The notes beneath the pieces were generated by a model. It worked only from the letters and a program-made list of their open reading frames with translations, was not told the origin of the DNA and made no database searches. DNA of 64,000 nt from Elusimicrobia bacterium RIFCSPLOWO2_02_FULL_39_32 (GTDB lineage: Bacteria; Elusimicrobiota; Elusimicrobia; 2-02-FULL-39-32): contig MGUU01000024.1 in assembly GCA_001800135.1 (NCBI GenBank), positions 31,844 through 95,843 of the forward strand. The letters are read 5' to 3'. Each line of letters opens with the position of its first letter. The first letter of the stretch is position 1. The position numbers and the translations under genes are program-made. Of the stretch, positions 1 through 11,302 are shown in pieces.

Positions 1-1062
1 CTAAAGAATTTTGTTTAAAGATTCAAGGGTGGGTTGGATGGTTTCTGGTTTTTCAATGGTGAGGATCGCTCGTTCCGGGTCTTTTAAGCCGTGTCCTGTT
101 AAGATGCAAACAATTCGCAGTTTAACAATTCTCTTTTCTAACTTTTTTTGAAAGAGAAATTTTTTAAGCCCTGCCACACTGGCAGCGGATGCGGGTTCGC
201 AAAAAATTCCTTCCAGCTCAGCCAACATTTTGTAAGCTTCAATAATCTCGTCATCTGTCACTGAATCAATTGCGCCTGCGGATTCATCCCTGGCTCTGAT
301 CGCCCCATCCCAAGAAGCTGGATTTCCAATTCTAATAGCTGTAGCTAGTGTTTCAGGATTTTTAATTGGGGTTCCTTTTACTAAAGGCGAAGCTCCTTCT
401 GCCTGAAATCCCATCATCTTAGGCAAGTTGACGCATTTCCCTTTGTCACAATATTCTTTATAGCCTTTCCAGTAAGCAGTAATATTGCCCGCATTTCCTA
501 CAGGCATAAATTGATAATCTGGCGCTTCCCCCAACTCATCTACAATTTCAAAAGCAGCGGTTTTTTGTCCTTCAATCCGAAATGGATTGATCGAATTCAC
601 TAAAGTGATTGGGTATTGTTTTGTAGCTTCTTTTACTAAATTTAAGGCATCGTCGAAATTACCCTCTATGGCAATTACTTTTGCTCCGTGCATGAGCGCT
701 TGTGAAAGTTTGCCCAGAGCAATTTGTCCGGAAGGAATTAATACAATGCAGCGCATTCCAGCTTTGGCCGCATATGCCGCAGCCGAGGCAGAGGTGTTGC
801 CAGTGGAGGCGCACATAATCGCTTTGGATCCATTTTCCAGAGCTTTTGAAACTGCCAAGGTCATGCCCCTATCTTTAAATGAGCCGGTAGGATTTAAACC
901 CTCAAATTTTAAATAGATTTCATAGGAATCTGCGCCAAGTTTTTTGGACAGATTCGTTGCCAGGATTAAAGGGGTGTTCCCTTCTTTTAAAGTGATGAGC
1001 GGTGTTTTTTCAGTGATGGGCAGGAAGTCGCGATAACGCTCTATAATTCCTAAAGTTTCCAT
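1..1062 (-). CDS. thrC: Threonine synthase (PLP)
   Basis: [37 protein letters not shown] motifs; downstream of hom. Confidence 0.95.
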   Translation of the reverse strand: METLGIIERYRDFLPITEKTPLITLKEGNTPLILATNLSKKLGADSYEIYLKFEGLNPTGSFKDRGMTLAVSKALENGSKAIMCASTGNTSASAAAYAAKAGMRCIVLIPSGQIALGKLSQALMHGAKVIAIEGNFDDALNLVKEATKQYPITLVNSINPFRIEGQKTAAFEIVDELGEAPDYQFMPVGNAGNITAYWKGYKEYCDKGKCVNLPKMMGFQAEGASPLVKGTPIKNPETLATAIRIGNPASWDGAIRARDESAGAIDSVTDDEIIEAYKMLAELEGIFCEPASAASVAGLKKFLFQKKLEKRIVKLRIVCILTGHGLKDPERAILTIEKPETIQPTLESLNKIL

Positions 1063-1110
1063 GGGTTTTAAGTAATTTTTTACAATTCGATTATAAAAAA
1101 GTAAAGATTC

Positions 1111-2421
1111 TTATTCCTCAATTCGGATTAAAACTGTTTTTGATTTTATGGCGGCGAGGCGATTGATTTCTTGAACAGCTTTTTGCACTTTTCCTTCTTC
1201 TGCCAGATGCGTGGTTAAAAGGATTGGCACAACCTCTTTTTTTAATTCTCCATTTTGTTCTGCTGTTTGGGGTTGATAGACAGAGGAAATGGAAACCCCG
1301 TATTGGCCTAAGATGCCTGTAATTTTTGATAATACTCCGGGTTTATCTTCTGTCATAAAACGCAAATAATATTTGGAGTTGCTTTGCTCTTGCGGGAGCA
1401 GATGCACTTTCTTTTTTTGGTCGTAGGTCACATAGGCAAGTCTTCCTGCGGTTCCTTCCGCCACTTGTCGGCTAAGAAAAATAATGTCTGACACCACAGC
1501 TGAAGCCGCAGCCATTTGTCCCGCGCCTTTTCCATAAAACATGACATCGCTCACAGCGTCCCCAACAATTAAAATTGCGTTGTATTCATCATTCACAGGT
1601 AAAAATGGATGGTTGTGGGGTAAGAATGTGGGATGAACTCTCACCTCTATTTTTCCCTTATTTTCTTTGGCAATGCCAAGCAATTTAAGTCCATAGCCAA
1701 ACTCTTTTTGAGCCAGTTGAATATCCATTAAATTTAAACCTGTAATGCCCTCGCAGAAAATGTCGCTGATTTTAATCCAACCGCCAAAAGCAATGGAAGA
1801 AAGTATGGCTAACTTATGCGCAGTATCTATTCCCTCTATGTCAAAGGCAGGGTTAGATTCCGCAAAACCGCTTTTTTGCGCTTGTTTTAAGGCTTCTTCA
1901 AAAGGTATGTTTTTTTCCGTCATTTTGGTTAAGATAAAATTTGTGGTTCCATTTAAAATTCCAATAATTTTTTTAATTTGGTTTGCAGCCAGCCCTTCGT
2001 TTAAACCCTGCACAATCGGGATACCGCCGCCAACCGCAGCTTCAAAATAAACTAGTTTTTTATATTTTTGCGCGGTAAGAAAAATTTCATCCCAATATTT
2101 TGCCAGAACCGCTTTATTGGCAGTGACCACATGTTTGCCGGCTTTTAAAGATTCTAGGATAATGGTGCGGGCAGGTTCATACCCTCCAATGAGTTCCACT
2201 ATAATGTCAATAGAGGGATCATTTAATAATTTTTTATAGTCAGACACAATCTCTTTTGCGCTGAGCCCGATTTCTGGTCTTGATTTTATAAATTTATCGC
2301 AGAATTTTATAAAAGAAAGTTCTGCGCCAACGCGTTTAAGGATTTGACTCTTATTTTTTTCAATAATTTTTACTGTTCCAACGCCCACTGTCCCTAATCC
2401 AATTAACCCTAACCCGATCAT
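1111..2421 (-). CDS. hom: Homoserine dehydrogenase with C-terminal ACT domain
   Basis: GLGTVG Rossmann motif, HVVTANKA, FEAAVGGGIP, GILNGTTNFIL, DKPGVL ACT motif. Confidence 0.95.
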   Translation of the reverse strand: MIGLGLIGLGTVGVGTVKIIEKNKSQILKRVGAELSFIKFCDKFIKSRPEIGLSAKEIVSDYKKLLNDPSIDIIVELIGGYEPARTIILESLKAGKHVVTANKAVLAKYWDEIFLTAQKYKKLVYFEAAVGGGIPIVQGLNEGLAANQIKKIIGILNGTTNFILTKMTEKNIPFEEALKQAQKSGFAESNPAFDIEGIDTAHKLAILSSIAFGGWIKISDIFCEGITGLNLMDIQLAQKEFGYGLKLLGIAKENKGKIEVRVHPTFLPHNHPFLPVNDEYNAILIVGDAVSDVMFYGKGAGQMAAASAVVSDIIFLSRQVAEGTAGRLAYVTYDQKKKVHLLPQEQSNSKYYLRFMTEDKPGVLSKITGILGQYGVSISSVYQPQTAEQNGELKKEVVPILLTTHLAEEGKVQKAVQEINRLAAIKSKTVLIRIEE

Positions 2422-2427
2422 AATAGT

Positions 2428-3630
2428 TTAGCCTCCTTTTTTAGGCGGAGCTATTTTTAAAAAATTTTTTATTCGTAACAAGGCATCATGAAAACGTTTG
2501 TCGTGCGTGACTAAAGCCATGCGGATAAATCCTTCCCCATAAGGTCCAAATCCTACCCCAGGAGAAACCGCAACCCCTGTTTCTTTAATGAGTCTTTCTG
2601 AAAAGCTAAGTGAGCCTTCCGTCTTAAAGGCCTCAGGCAGTTCTGCCCATAAATACATGGTGGCTTTGGGAGTAGGCACATCCCATCCCAGTTTAGCCAA
2701 CCCTTGAACCATAAAATCTCTTCTTTTTTGATATTTTAGCACAGTTTGTTGTACGCACTCCTGGCTTGATTTTAAAGCCCATGAAGCAGCTAACTGGATA
2801 AAGGTAGGGACTCCGTAATCTAAAAAGGATTTTAGTTTTTCAAAAGGAGCGATCCATTTTTCTCCTCCTACGGCAAAACCCACTCTCCACCCTGCCATAT
2901 TGTAAGTTTTAGAAAAAGAGAAAAATTCAATTCCCACATCTTTTGCGCCCGGCACTTGCAGGAAAGAAGGAGCCTCATACCCATCAAAAGTAATTTCTGA
3001 ATAAGCATTGTCGTGCGCTACTAGAATCTCATATTTTTTAGCAAAGTGAACCACTCTTTCGAAAAATTCCAAATTATCTACAGTGGCTGTAGTGGGGTTG
3101 TTGGGATAATTTAGAAATAAAATTTTTGCTTTTTTAGCGATTTTTTCAGGAATTTCTTCTAAATCCGGCAAATAGTTTTTGTCCTTTTTTAAAGGAACAA
3201 AATGAACTTTACCTCCTGTAAGATACACGCCGTTAAAGTGAACTGGGTAACCTGGATTCCCAACTAAAGCCAGATCATCAGGATTTAGATATGCCATGCA
3301 CAAATGCGCAATCCCTTCTTTGGAACCAATCAATGAAAGTATTTCTTTTTCCGGATTTAAAGAAACATGAAAGCGCTTTTCAAACCATTCTGCGATTGAA
3401 GCGCGAAATTTTGGCATGCCTTTTGCCTGCGGATAACGATGGGTTCTGGGATGATCTTTAATGGTTTCACAGAGCCGTTCTACAATATGGGGCGGTGTGG
3501 GAATATCTGGGTTTCCCATTCCTAAGTCAATCACATCTAATTTTTTTTTGTAAGCTTCCAGTTTAAGAAGATTAATTTTAGAAAGAAAATAGGGGGGCAG
3601 CTCTTGTAACTTTTTTGAAGGTTCTATCAC
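2428..3630 (-). CDS. alaC: Class I/II PLP aminotransferase (AlaC/YfdZ-like; DapL is the alternative)
   Basis: DLGMGNPD, NYPNNPT, HDNAY, SFSKTYNMAGWRVG; KSFLDYG is AlaC-like; GTG start. Confidence 0.7.
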   Translation of the reverse strand: MIEPSKKLQELPPYFLSKINLLKLEAYKKKLDVIDLGMGNPDIPTPPHIVERLCETIKDHPRTHRYPQAKGMPKFRASIAEWFEKRFHVSLNPEKEILSLIGSKEGIAHLCMAYLNPDDLALVGNPGYPVHFNGVYLTGGKVHFVPLKKDKNYLPDLEEIPEKIAKKAKILFLNYPNNPTTATVDNLEFFERVVHFAKKYEILVAHDNAYSEITFDGYEAPSFLQVPGAKDVGIEFFSFSKTYNMAGWRVGFAVGGEKWIAPFEKLKSFLDYGVPTFIQLAASWALKSSQECVQQTVLKYQKRRDFMVQGLAKLGWDVPTPKATMYLWAELPEAFKTEGSLSFSERLIKETGVAVSPGVGFGPYGEGFIRMALVTHDKRFHDALLRIKNFLKIAPPKKGG

Positions 3631-3637
3631 AGTTGGG

Positions 3638-3967
3638 TTATTTCAAAAAATCCGCGATCTCTTTTTTTTCTCGCACAATCCATTCAGGAAGAATTTTAGC
3701 ATATTCCCAACAAAGCAGAGCCATTCCTATGCAAGCCATGCCATAGGTAATTTCAAATCCGCTCCAGCGCAGCCACTGTTCTTGAGTAACAAAATCCCAT
3801 TTTTCTGGAGAATAGTAGTTCGCTTCCGGCTCGCCAAAAAACGCATGGTAAATTCCAGCAATTCCGACTATGCTTCCCCAAGAGGAAAAAATCCAGCCTG
3901 CAATTCTCACCAGCCCGCGGATCTTTACTTTTTCTTGAAGAGGTTTTAACTCTTGTATGTTTTCCAT
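3638..3967 (-). CDS. Hypothetical two-TM membrane protein
   Basis: 109-aa ORF, two hydrophobic segments, 7 bp upstream of the aminotransferase. Confidence 0.7.
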   Translation of the reverse strand: MENIQELKPLQEKVKIRGLVRIAGWIFSSWGSIVGIAGIYHAFFGEPEANYYSPEKWDFVTQEQWLRWSGFEITYGMACIGMALLCWEYAKILPEWIVREKKEIADFLK

Positions 3968-4073
3968 AAATAGTTAGCCCGAATCATTCAGTCGGATTCA
4001 AAGAATTCAACAATTTAATTGAATTGCTCGGACTAGGTTTTTTTCTTCGCTCTTATGCATGACTTTAAGTTTT

Positions 4074-4364
4074 TCAAGGAGTTGGAGAAGGGTTTTTAAG
4101 CAGATCTTTAAAGCCTACGCTGGGCTTAAAAGAGATTTTTTTCCCTTCAGGCAAATGAACTGTCTCACCGGTTTGCAGATTTCTAGCTGGTTTAGCTTTT
4201 CTTATCTTTATGCGGAAAGTTCCTAATCCTGTTAGAGTCACTTTTTCTCCTGATTGTATGCTTTCCCCAAGAGATTCAATTAGAGCTTTGATTACTCTTT
4301 TTGCAACTGGGCTTTTAACTTTAGATTTTTCCGCAATTTTAATTAATAATTCTTCTTTTTTCAT
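4074..4364 (-). CDS. hup: HU/IHF family DNA-binding protein
   Basis: GEKVTLTGLGTF, ARNLQTGE, FKPS signature; basic, 96 aa. Confidence 0.9.
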   Translation of the reverse strand: MKKEELLIKIAEKSKVKSPVAKRVIKALIESLGESIQSGEKVTLTGLGTFRIKIRKAKPARNLQTGETVHLPEGKKISFKPSVGFKDLLKNPSPTP

Positions 4365-4493
4365 TTGATTTACCTAAATTTTTTCCTCATAAAAAAGTTC
4401 GTAAATAGTTTTAAATATTCTCTTGCTTTTTCGTTTTGAAAAATGGCGCTTTTTTCCATCTCAGTTCTTATTTTCATAAGAGCAATAGGCGAT

Positions 4494-5114
4494 TTAAAAG
4501 TTAAATTTGTTTAGATACGGCAGTTTGGATTTTACCAAATGAATCTCTTTTAGGCTAGAAAGAAGTTCGCCAGTAGAATTCCAACTCCCTTCAATCAGGG
4601 CTTTGCGCATTTGGGCAGGTTGTTGGACCAAGATGGAAAAATCTCCATAGGTTACTTCTAATTTTTCTAAATCAATTTTAATTTCACAAACTGGATCGTC
4701 TTCCACAAAATTCATCAGATTTTCTATGTCTTCTTTTTTGGCTGTTACTAAAGGCAGTCCTAGAGCAGTGCAGTTATCTGAAAAAATCTCTGCAAAAGAT
4801 TCTCCAATCAGGGCTTTAATCCCATAGCGCAAGAGCGACTGCGGGGCATGTTCTCTGGAGGAGCCGCAGCCAAAGTTTCTATTGACTACCATGATGGTTG
4901 CTCCCTCATATTTTTTTTCATTGAGAGTATGCTCTTTTTTTGAACCGTTTTCATTAAAGCGAACATCGTAAAAAAGGTATTCTCCTAATTTGTCAAAAGT
5001 AACGCATTTCAAATAGCGCGCAGGAATGATGCGGTCTGTGTCTAAGTCATTGCCTTTTAAAGGAATTCCTGGCCCAGAGACAAAAGAGATTTTTTTTATT
5101 TCAGTTGGGTTCAT
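4494..5114 (-). CDS. leuD: 3-isopropylmalate dehydratase small subunit
   Basis: [32 protein letters not shown]. Confidence 0.95.
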   Translation of the reverse strand: MNPTEIKKISFVSGPGIPLKGNDLDTDRIIPARYLKCVTFDKLGEYLFYDVRFNENGSKKEHTLNEKKYEGATIMVVNRNFGCGSSREHAPQSLLRYGIKALIGESFAEIFSDNCTALGLPLVTAKKEDIENLMNFVEDDPVCEIKIDLEKLEVTYGDFSILVQQPAQMRKALIEGSWNSTGELLSSLKEIHLVKSKLPYLNKFNF

Positions 5115-6511
5115 AGAAATTCTCTTACATCTGTTAAAGAGCCTTGAATCGCCGCAGCTGCCACCATGGCTGGACTCATGAGAATGGTTCTGCCGGTTGC
5201 GCTTCCCTGCCTGCCTTTAAAGTTTCTGTTGGAAGAGGAGGCGCAGAGTTCCCTGCCTTTTAGTTTGTCAGGATTCATGGCTAGACACATGGAGCAGCCA
5301 GCTTCTCTCCACTCAAAACCAGCTTCTTCAAAAATTTTATCCAAACCTTCATTTTCCGCTGCTTTTTGTACTTGTTGAGATCCTGGAACCACTAATGCTT
5401 TTACTCCCGCAGCCACTTTTCTTCCTTTTGCTATTTTTGCCGCTTCTCTTAAATCAGAAATTCTGCTGTTAGTGCAGGATCCAATGAAAGCCACATTGAT
5501 AGGAATCCCTTTTAAGGGTTTTCCTGATTCAAACCCCATATGTTCATAAGCTTCTTTTGCGGTTTCTCTTTCATTTGAGTTGAGGCTCTTAAGGTCTGGC
5601 AAGGTTTTGCTAATGCCAATCGCTTGACCTGGATTAATGCCCCAGGTTACCATGGGTTCAATTTTAGAGCCATCTAGTTCTACTGTATCATCATATTTTG
5701 CATTTGGTTCGGATACGATCGCTTTCCACCAGCTTACAGCTCTTTTGAATTCTTCTCCCTTAGGCGCAAATTCTTTTTCCGAAAGATAATTAAACGTGGT
5801 ATCGTCGGGATTTATATAACCCATGCGCGCGCCGCCCTCAATTGTCATGTTGCAAATTGTCATGCGTTCTTCCATATTGAAATTTTGAATCGCTTCCCCG
5901 CTATACTCATAACAAAAGCCAATGCCGCCATTCACTCCTAGTTTTTGGATAATGGCAAGGATCACATCTTTTGCATATACTCCAATTCCTAATTTACCCT
6001 TTACACTGATTTTTCTGATTTTTGGTTTAGATAAAGCTAAAGTTTGCGTTGCCAGCAAATCTTTAATTTGCGTGGTGCCAATGCCAAAGGCCAAGGATCC
6101 AAATGCGCCGTGGGTGCTGGTATGGCTGTCTCCACAGGCAATGGTCATGCCCGGCTGAGTTATACCAAGTTCAGGCCCAATCACATGCACAATGCCTTGC
6201 TTTACAGTTTTAAAGTCAAAAAATTTAATGCCAGACTCATTTGTGTTATTTTCTAAAGCCACCAACATCTCTTCAGCAAGGGGATCTTTTAATGGACGGC
6301 TTTGATCGTCTGTGGGCACAATATGATCTACCGTAGCAAAAGTATTTTGGGGAAAAAGTACTTTTAGTTTTTCTTCCCTAATCATTTGAAAGGCTTGAGG
6401 GCTGGTTACTTCATGAATTAAATGAAGACCAATAAATATTTGATCCTTGCCATTGGGCAATGTCCGTACCCGATGAAGCTCCCAAATTTTATCTAATAGA
6501 GTTTTTCCCAT
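5111..6511 (-). CDS. leuC: 3-isopropylmalate dehydratase large subunit
   Basis: [48 protein letters not shown]. Confidence 0.96.
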   Translation of the reverse strand: MGKTLLDKIWELHRVRTLPNGKDQIFIGLHLIHEVTSPQAFQMIREEKLKVLFPQNTFATVDHIVPTDDQSRPLKDPLAEEMLVALENNTNESGIKFFDFKTVKQGIVHVIGPELGITQPGMTIACGDSHTSTHGAFGSLAFGIGTTQIKDLLATQTLALSKPKIRKISVKGKLGIGVYAKDVILAIIQKLGVNGGIGFCYEYSGEAIQNFNMEERMTICNMTIEGGARMGYINPDDTTFNYLSEKEFAPKGEEFKRAVSWWKAIVSEPNAKYDDTVELDGSKIEPMVTWGINPGQAIGISKTLPDLKSLNSNERETAKEAYEHMGFESGKPLKGIPINVAFIGSCTNSRISDLREAAKIAKGRKVAAGVKALVVPGSQQVQKAAENEGLDKIFEEAGFEWREAGCSMCLAMNPDKLKGRELCASSSNRNFKGRQGSATGRTILMSPAMVAAAAIQGSLTDVREFL

Positions 6512-6583
6512 TTTAATTTTTTTAGCTTAAGATTTTTAACCAGAATAAAATTTTTAGATTTTTTAAGATAAAGGTAGTTTTCT

Positions 6584-7285
6584 TTAAATTTTTTTGAATA
6601 AAAGATCTTTTTTGATTTCGCCAATAGCCTTGGTAATATTAATGTCTCGAGGACAGGCTTCTACGCAGTTAAAGATTGTTCTACAGCGCCACACGCCTTC
6701 TTTTTGGTTTAGGAGATTTAAACGTTCTTCTCCTCCCTGATCTCTGGAATCAAAAATAAAACGATGCGCTTGCACAATGGAAGCTGGACCTGCATAGTTT
6801 GGATCTGACCAAAAAGAAGGGCAGGCTGTTGTGCAGCAGGCGCAGAGAATACATTTTGTGGTATCTTCAAACCTTTCTTGTTGTTTTTGCGATTGAAGCC
6901 TTTCTTTTTCCGGAGAAGTTTCTTGGTTTATCAAATAGGGTTTAACCGCCACATATTTTTCAAAAAATTGTTTCATATCTACAACTAAATCTTTTACAAT
7001 TTTAAAACCTTTTAATGGTTCTACCACAATTGGCTGCGATACATTTTTTATCAAGACTTTGCAGGCAAGCATGTTTCTGCCATTAATCCGCATCCCATCG
7101 GACCCGCACACCCCATGGCCGCAGGATTTCCTTAAAGTTAAAGAGCCGTCCAATGTTCCTTTAATTGCTAAGAGCGCATCCAGCACCCGATCCGTAGGTT
7201 CACACTCTACAGCATAATCTTTAAAATAAGGTTTAGAATCTTTTTCCGGATTATATCTTTGAATTTTTAGATGAACTTTTATCAT
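6584..7285 (-). CDS. sdhB: Succinate dehydrogenase iron-sulfur subunit
   Basis: SCGHGVCGSD, CILCACCTTACP, CRTIFNCVEACP Fe-S motifs. Confidence 0.95.
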   Translation of the reverse strand: MIKVHLKIQRYNPEKDSKPYFKDYAVECEPTDRVLDALLAIKGTLDGSLTLRKSCGHGVCGSDGMRINGRNMLACKVLIKNVSQPIVVEPLKGFKIVKDLVVDMKQFFEKYVAVKPYLINQETSPEKERLQSQKQQERFEDTTKCILCACCTTACPSFWSDPNYAGPASIVQAHRFIFDSRDQGGEERLNLLNQKEGVWRCRTIFNCVEACPRDINITKAIGEIKKDLLFKKI

Positions 7286-7340
7286 TTATTTTTTTGAATG
7301 CGGCTCTTTTAAAGAACCTGCTCTCTAACCTTTTTTACGT

Positions 7341-9074
7341 TTAGTATTTTCTTTCTTGAGGCTGAAAATTTTTTATCACCACATTTTTATATTTTAATTC
7401 TACACCAATCTCGGAAAGAGTTGCAAGCGTATGTTTAAGCCAGTTCTGGTCATTGCGCTTTGGATAATCTTCCCTGTAGTGAGCTCCGCGAGATTCTTCT
7501 CTGGCTAAAGCGCTGGCAATCGTTACCAAAGATAAAGTGATTAAATTGCCTAATTCTAAAGCGTCTAAAAGTTCTGAATTAAATACCTGGCTTTTATCAG
7601 ATAGAGAGATATTTTGAAAACGTTTTTTTAGTTCCCTAACTTTTTCTTGAGCTTTTTTCAAACCCGCTTCTGTTCTAAATACGCCAACCAAATCCATCAT
7701 GGTTTCTTGTAATTCTTGTCTCAGGGTAGAAATTTTTTCTCCATTTGATTTGGATTTAAACTGTTCTATTTGAGCTTGAATTTTAGTTTGAGGGTTTGAA
7801 GGCAGAGGAGAGAACTCAGTTTTTTTGCAATATTCAGCCATGGAAAGGCCTGCGCGTCTGCCAAAAACTAAAATGTCCACTAAAGAGTTTGTGCCTAAAC
7901 GGTTGCCCCCATGCACTGAAACACAGGCGCATTCCCCGGCTGCGTAGAAGCCTTTTAGGACACTATTTTTTTCATCCCAAACCACCTCTGCATTTACATT
8001 GGTGGGTATTCCGCCCATGGAGTAGTGCGCTGTGGGCTGGATAGGGATTAAATCTTTTACAGGATCTAACCCCATGTAGGTACGCACAAAATCTGTAATG
8101 TCCGGCAATTTTTTTTCAATCACCTCTTTTCCTAAATGCGTTAGATCTAAATGCACATAATCTTTTCCATCAATGCCTCTGCCATCTCGTACTTCAAGAT
8201 AAATACAGCGGGAAACAATGTCTCTTGGCGCGAGATCTTTTATGTTAGGAGCATACCGTTCCATAAAGCGTTCCCCATTTTTATTGCGTAAGATGCCACC
8301 TTCACCTCTGCAGGCTTCAGTTAGAAGAATACCCATTTTATAAATCCCTGTGGGATGGAACTGAAAAAATTCCATATCTTCTAATGGAATTTTATTTCTT
8401 AGGGCAATCGCCATTCCATCTCCTGTAAGAGCATGAGCATTAGAGGTGATTTTAAACATTCTACCAGAACCGCCAGTAGCAAAAAGAACAGCTTTAGCAT
8501 GAAAAATATGAAGCTCTCCAGTTTCAATTGAATAGGCGATGACGCCTCTACAAATTTGCTCTTCAATGATCAAATCCACCACATGAAATTCATCAAAAAA
8601 TTTAACTTCATTTTTAATGCATTGCTGATAAAGAGTTTGCAAAATCATGTGTCCAGTGCGGTCCGCGGCAAAACAAGCGCGTTGCACCGGCCCTTTTCCA
8701 AATTCTTTAGTATGGCCGCCAAACCTGCGTTGATCAATTCTGCCATCTTGCGTGCGGTTAAAAGGCAAACCTAAATGTTCCAGCTCATACACAGTGGTCA
8801 CAGCTTCTTTGCACAATATTTCTACAGCATCTTGATCTGCTAAATAGTCAGAACCTTTAACTGTATCGAACATATGCCATTCAGGGCGGTCTTCTTCTTT
8901 ATTGGCTAGAGCCGCGCCAATCCCTCCTTGAGCTGCTCCAGTGTGGGAGCGTGTTGGGTAGAGTTTGGAAAGCACTGCTGTTTGAACTTTTGCTTGAGAA
9001 AGCGCTAAGGCAGCATAAAGCCCTGCTCCGCCTCCGCCCACTACAATCGCTTCAAACTGATGTATTTTAATCAT
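7341..9074 (-). CDS. sdhA: Succinate dehydrogenase flavoprotein subunit
   Basis: GGGGAG, RSHTGAAQGG (FAD His), QFHPTG, HGGNRLG, ESRGAH; start moved to ATG 9074 to avoid overlap with sdhD. Confidence 0.95.
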   Translation of the reverse strand: MIKIHQFEAIVVGGGGAGLYAALALSQAKVQTAVLSKLYPTRSHTGAAQGGIGAALANKEEDRPEWHMFDTVKGSDYLADQDAVEILCKEAVTTVYELEHLGLPFNRTQDGRIDQRRFGGHTKEFGKGPVQRACFAADRTGHMILQTLYQQCIKNEVKFFDEFHVVDLIIEEQICRGVIAYSIETGELHIFHAKAVLFATGGSGRMFKITSNAHALTGDGMAIALRNKIPLEDMEFFQFHPTGIYKMGILLTEACRGEGGILRNKNGERFMERYAPNIKDLAPRDIVSRCIYLEVRDGRGIDGKDYVHLDLTHLGKEVIEKKLPDITDFVRTYMGLDPVKDLIPIQPTAHYSMGGIPTNVNAEVVWDEKNSVLKGFYAAGECACVSVHGGNRLGTNSLVDILVFGRRAGLSMAEYCKKTEFSPLPSNPQTKIQAQIEQFKSKSNGEKISTLRQELQETMMDLVGVFRTEAGLKKAQEKVRELKKRFQNISLSDKSQVFNSELLDALELGNLITLSLVTIASALAREESRGAHYREDYPKRNDQNWLKHTLATLSEIGVELKYKNVVIKNFQPQERKY

Positions 9075-9078
9075 TAAA

Positions 9079-9468
9079 TCACTTGGGCTGAAAAGTAAAG
9101 AGGGTGAGAAATCCAACAAACAGCAGAATAAAACCTGTTGTGTACATGATGCTTAGCCAAAAAATTCTCCATGCTCCGGGCCTTAAATAATCATCCAAAA
9201 TAGTTCTTAAACCATTCAGCCCATGCAAAAGCGCTAGAAAAAGCATGAGTCCGTCATAACTTCTCCAAAATGGTGTTTTCCAGCGATTTACCACGAATTG
9301 ATAGTCAATCGTATCAATGCTATTGATTAGGTGCATGATCACAAGATGTCCAATGGCTAAGAGTAAAAGAAGGATTCCACTTAGCCTCATAAAGAACCAG
9401 GCAAAAAGTTCAAAAGAACTGTTCACAGGAATGGGCCGTCCGTTTTGAAAAGTTTCTGAATTTTGCAT
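9079..9468 (-). CDS. sdhD: Succinate dehydrogenase hydrophobic anchor subunit
   Basis: WFFMRLSG, LHGLNGLRTILDDY, 3 TM segments, operon position. Confidence 0.9.
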   Translation of the reverse strand: MQNSETFQNGRPIPVNSSFELFAWFFMRLSGILLLLLAIGHLVIMHLINSIDTIDYQFVVNRWKTPFWRSYDGLMLFLALLHGLNGLRTILDDYLRPGAWRIFWLSIMYTTGFILLFVGFLTLFTFQPK

Positions 9469-9555
9469 AGATGAATTTTTAGTTTGAAAAATATATTAAA
9501 AAATAATCAATTTTTTTCGTCTTAGGGTTCTTTTTCATAATTGGTTTAGTCGCGT

Positions 9556-9900
9556 TTAATGAGATAACATCAGAAAAGAGACCGGAATCATTGCCAAGAA
9601 AAAGAGCAGCATTTCTACATAAAAGATTTGACGATGATACTTAGTAGTTTCAGGAATAAAATCTATCAGTATAATTCTAATTCCATTTAAAGCATGGTAG
9701 AGCACTGCGGCAAACAGTCCCACCTCTCCAATTTTAAAAATAGGGTTGCGATAGATCGCTATGACCTTGTTGTAAATTTCCGGGCCCCAGCCTATGAGCA
9801 TGGTGTCAATAATATGAATGGCTAAAAATAGCAGGACGCCAATCCCTGTAATGCGGTGGAAAATCCAAGACCATTGCCCTTCTTTACCCTTATAAATCAT
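9556..9900 (-). CDS. sdhC: Succinate dehydrogenase cytochrome b subunit
   Basis: WIFHRITG, YHALNGIRIILID; ATG at 9900 is the likely start. Confidence 0.9.
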   Translation of the reverse strand: MIYKGKEGQWSWIFHRITGIGVLLFLAIHIIDTMLIGWGPEIYNKVIAIYRNPIFKIGEVGLFAAVLYHALNGIRIILIDFIPETTKYHRQIFYVEMLLFFLAMIPVSFLMLSH

Positions 9901-9923
9901 AAATTTAAATGATGTTATCAAAA

Positions 9924-11294
9924 CTAAAATGGATAATCAATTCCAACAAAAAGAGCGGTTCCTTGCTCAGAAAATCCTAAATCAATAATGCCAACTACAT
10001 TTGGACGAACCACAGTGCGAAAACCCAGACCTCCAACATGGTGCAGGTCCCAAATCCTACCATTATCTGGATCATGGAAAACCATTCCTGTGTCGTAGTA
10101 AGGGGTTAATTCAAAGTCAACATTTACATTAAAGGCGCTTAAGGTATAAACCCGGATCCTTTCTTCTATGGTAAGATTCATCTTGTTTCTGTCAATAAAG
10201 CGCGCGTCTCCAAACCCTCTTAACGAATCTTTGCCTCCTAAAAGAGATTGTTCATAAAAAGGGGTTTTGGAGCCATTTTCTCCTTCCACTAAAAAGCGCC
10301 AGCCTGTAATCCACTGATTATTTTTTAAAGGATAAAACCCTCTAGCTTCCAGACCCATTCTGTCATATTTTGTATCTCCTCCTAAAGGGCCGGCAATTTC
10401 CTCGAACAGATTAAAAAGATGTCCGCGGGTTGGAGCTAGGATCAAGTCGCGTGAATCATAAGAAAGCGTTAAACGCTGCGCTAAGACCGCTTTTTGTATG
10501 TCCACTCCTTCTGGCCTGGGAGAAAAAGTTGTGATGCTTGGCAAAGAATGGATGGGTCCATCTAGCGCATTAGCAAGACGGTAGCGATTGCTAAGAGTCA
10601 AACGCAAGCGCTCTAAAAAGTTGATGCCAGTAAATATTTGAAAATGGTTATCTTTCAAGGTATAGTTAGATTGATTTTTGAATTCTGATCTTGGGCCAAA
10701 GCCAAAAAATCTAAAAGAGCCGTCCCTGCGCACAGTTAGATCGCATTTAAAGTAAAACCATTCAGAAAGAAATTGGGAATCTTCATACCGGAATGTGATT
10801 CTTCTATTGGTTTCTGTGGCATAAGAAGCAATGATAAACATTTGAGCATTTTTATGAGGATACCAATAATGGCGCATGGTGCTGTTGATCCCAAAAGTGT
10901 GGTTGTAGGTTAGAGAAGGAGCAAGAATATGTTGGATTTCTTCTTTTTTATTTACAAATAAAAAAACAGGCAATACCCCAACGGTTAAGCCTGAATTTGG
11001 ATCAGAAGAGGGAGCTGGAAGATAGACCCGTGTTTTTCCCGGAGAGGCTGCTATCATAATATTGATCAGACCTTGCAAGAATTTTTTTCCAAGAGTATGC
11101 GCTTCTTTAGCCGCAGCTTGAACCTCTTCCACTGCTGTGTGAGCGGTTTTGGTGACCATATCTTCCATAGGCTGGGTGACCCGGACAAGCAAGGAATTCT
11201 CAGGCTGGTTTTGAGAAGGCGGTTCTTCAGCGTTACAAAAAGAAAAAAAGAAAAAAATAATGGAGATTAAATAAAAAACTTTCAAAAGTTTCAT
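9924..11294 (-). CDS. Omp85/BamA-TamA family outer-membrane beta-barrel, no obvious POTRA domains
   Basis: Signal peptide from ATG 11294; YDSRD..PTRG, LGGKDSLRGF, C-terminal DYPF beta-signal. Confidence 0.8.
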   Translation of the reverse strand: MKLLKVFYLISIIFFFFSFCNAEEPPSQNQPENSLLVRVTQPMEDMVTKTAHTAVEEVQAAAKEAHTLGKKFLQGLINIMIAASPGKTRVYLPAPSSDPNSGLTVGVLPVFLFVNKKEEIQHILAPSLTYNHTFGINSTMRHYWYPHKNAQMFIIASYATETNRRITFRYEDSQFLSEWFYFKCDLTVRRDGSFRFFGFGPRSEFKNQSNYTLKDNHFQIFTGINFLERLRLTLSNRYRLANALDGPIHSLPSITTFSPRPEGVDIQKAVLAQRLTLSYDSRDLILAPTRGHLFNLFEEIAGPLGGDTKYDRMGLEARGFYPLKNNQWITGWRFLVEGENGSKTPFYEQSLLGGKDSLRGFGDARFIDRNKMNLTIEERIRVYTLSAFNVNVDFELTPYYDTGMVFHDPDNGRIWDLHHVGGLGFRTVVRPNVVGIIDLGFSEQGTALFVGIDYPF

Positions 11295-11302
11295 TTGTAG
11301 AA

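Noticed and set aside
3975-4035. Imperfect inverted repeat between the HU gene and the downstream ORF
   Set aside because: Mismatched arms and no convincing second copy; MITE or terminator cannot be supported
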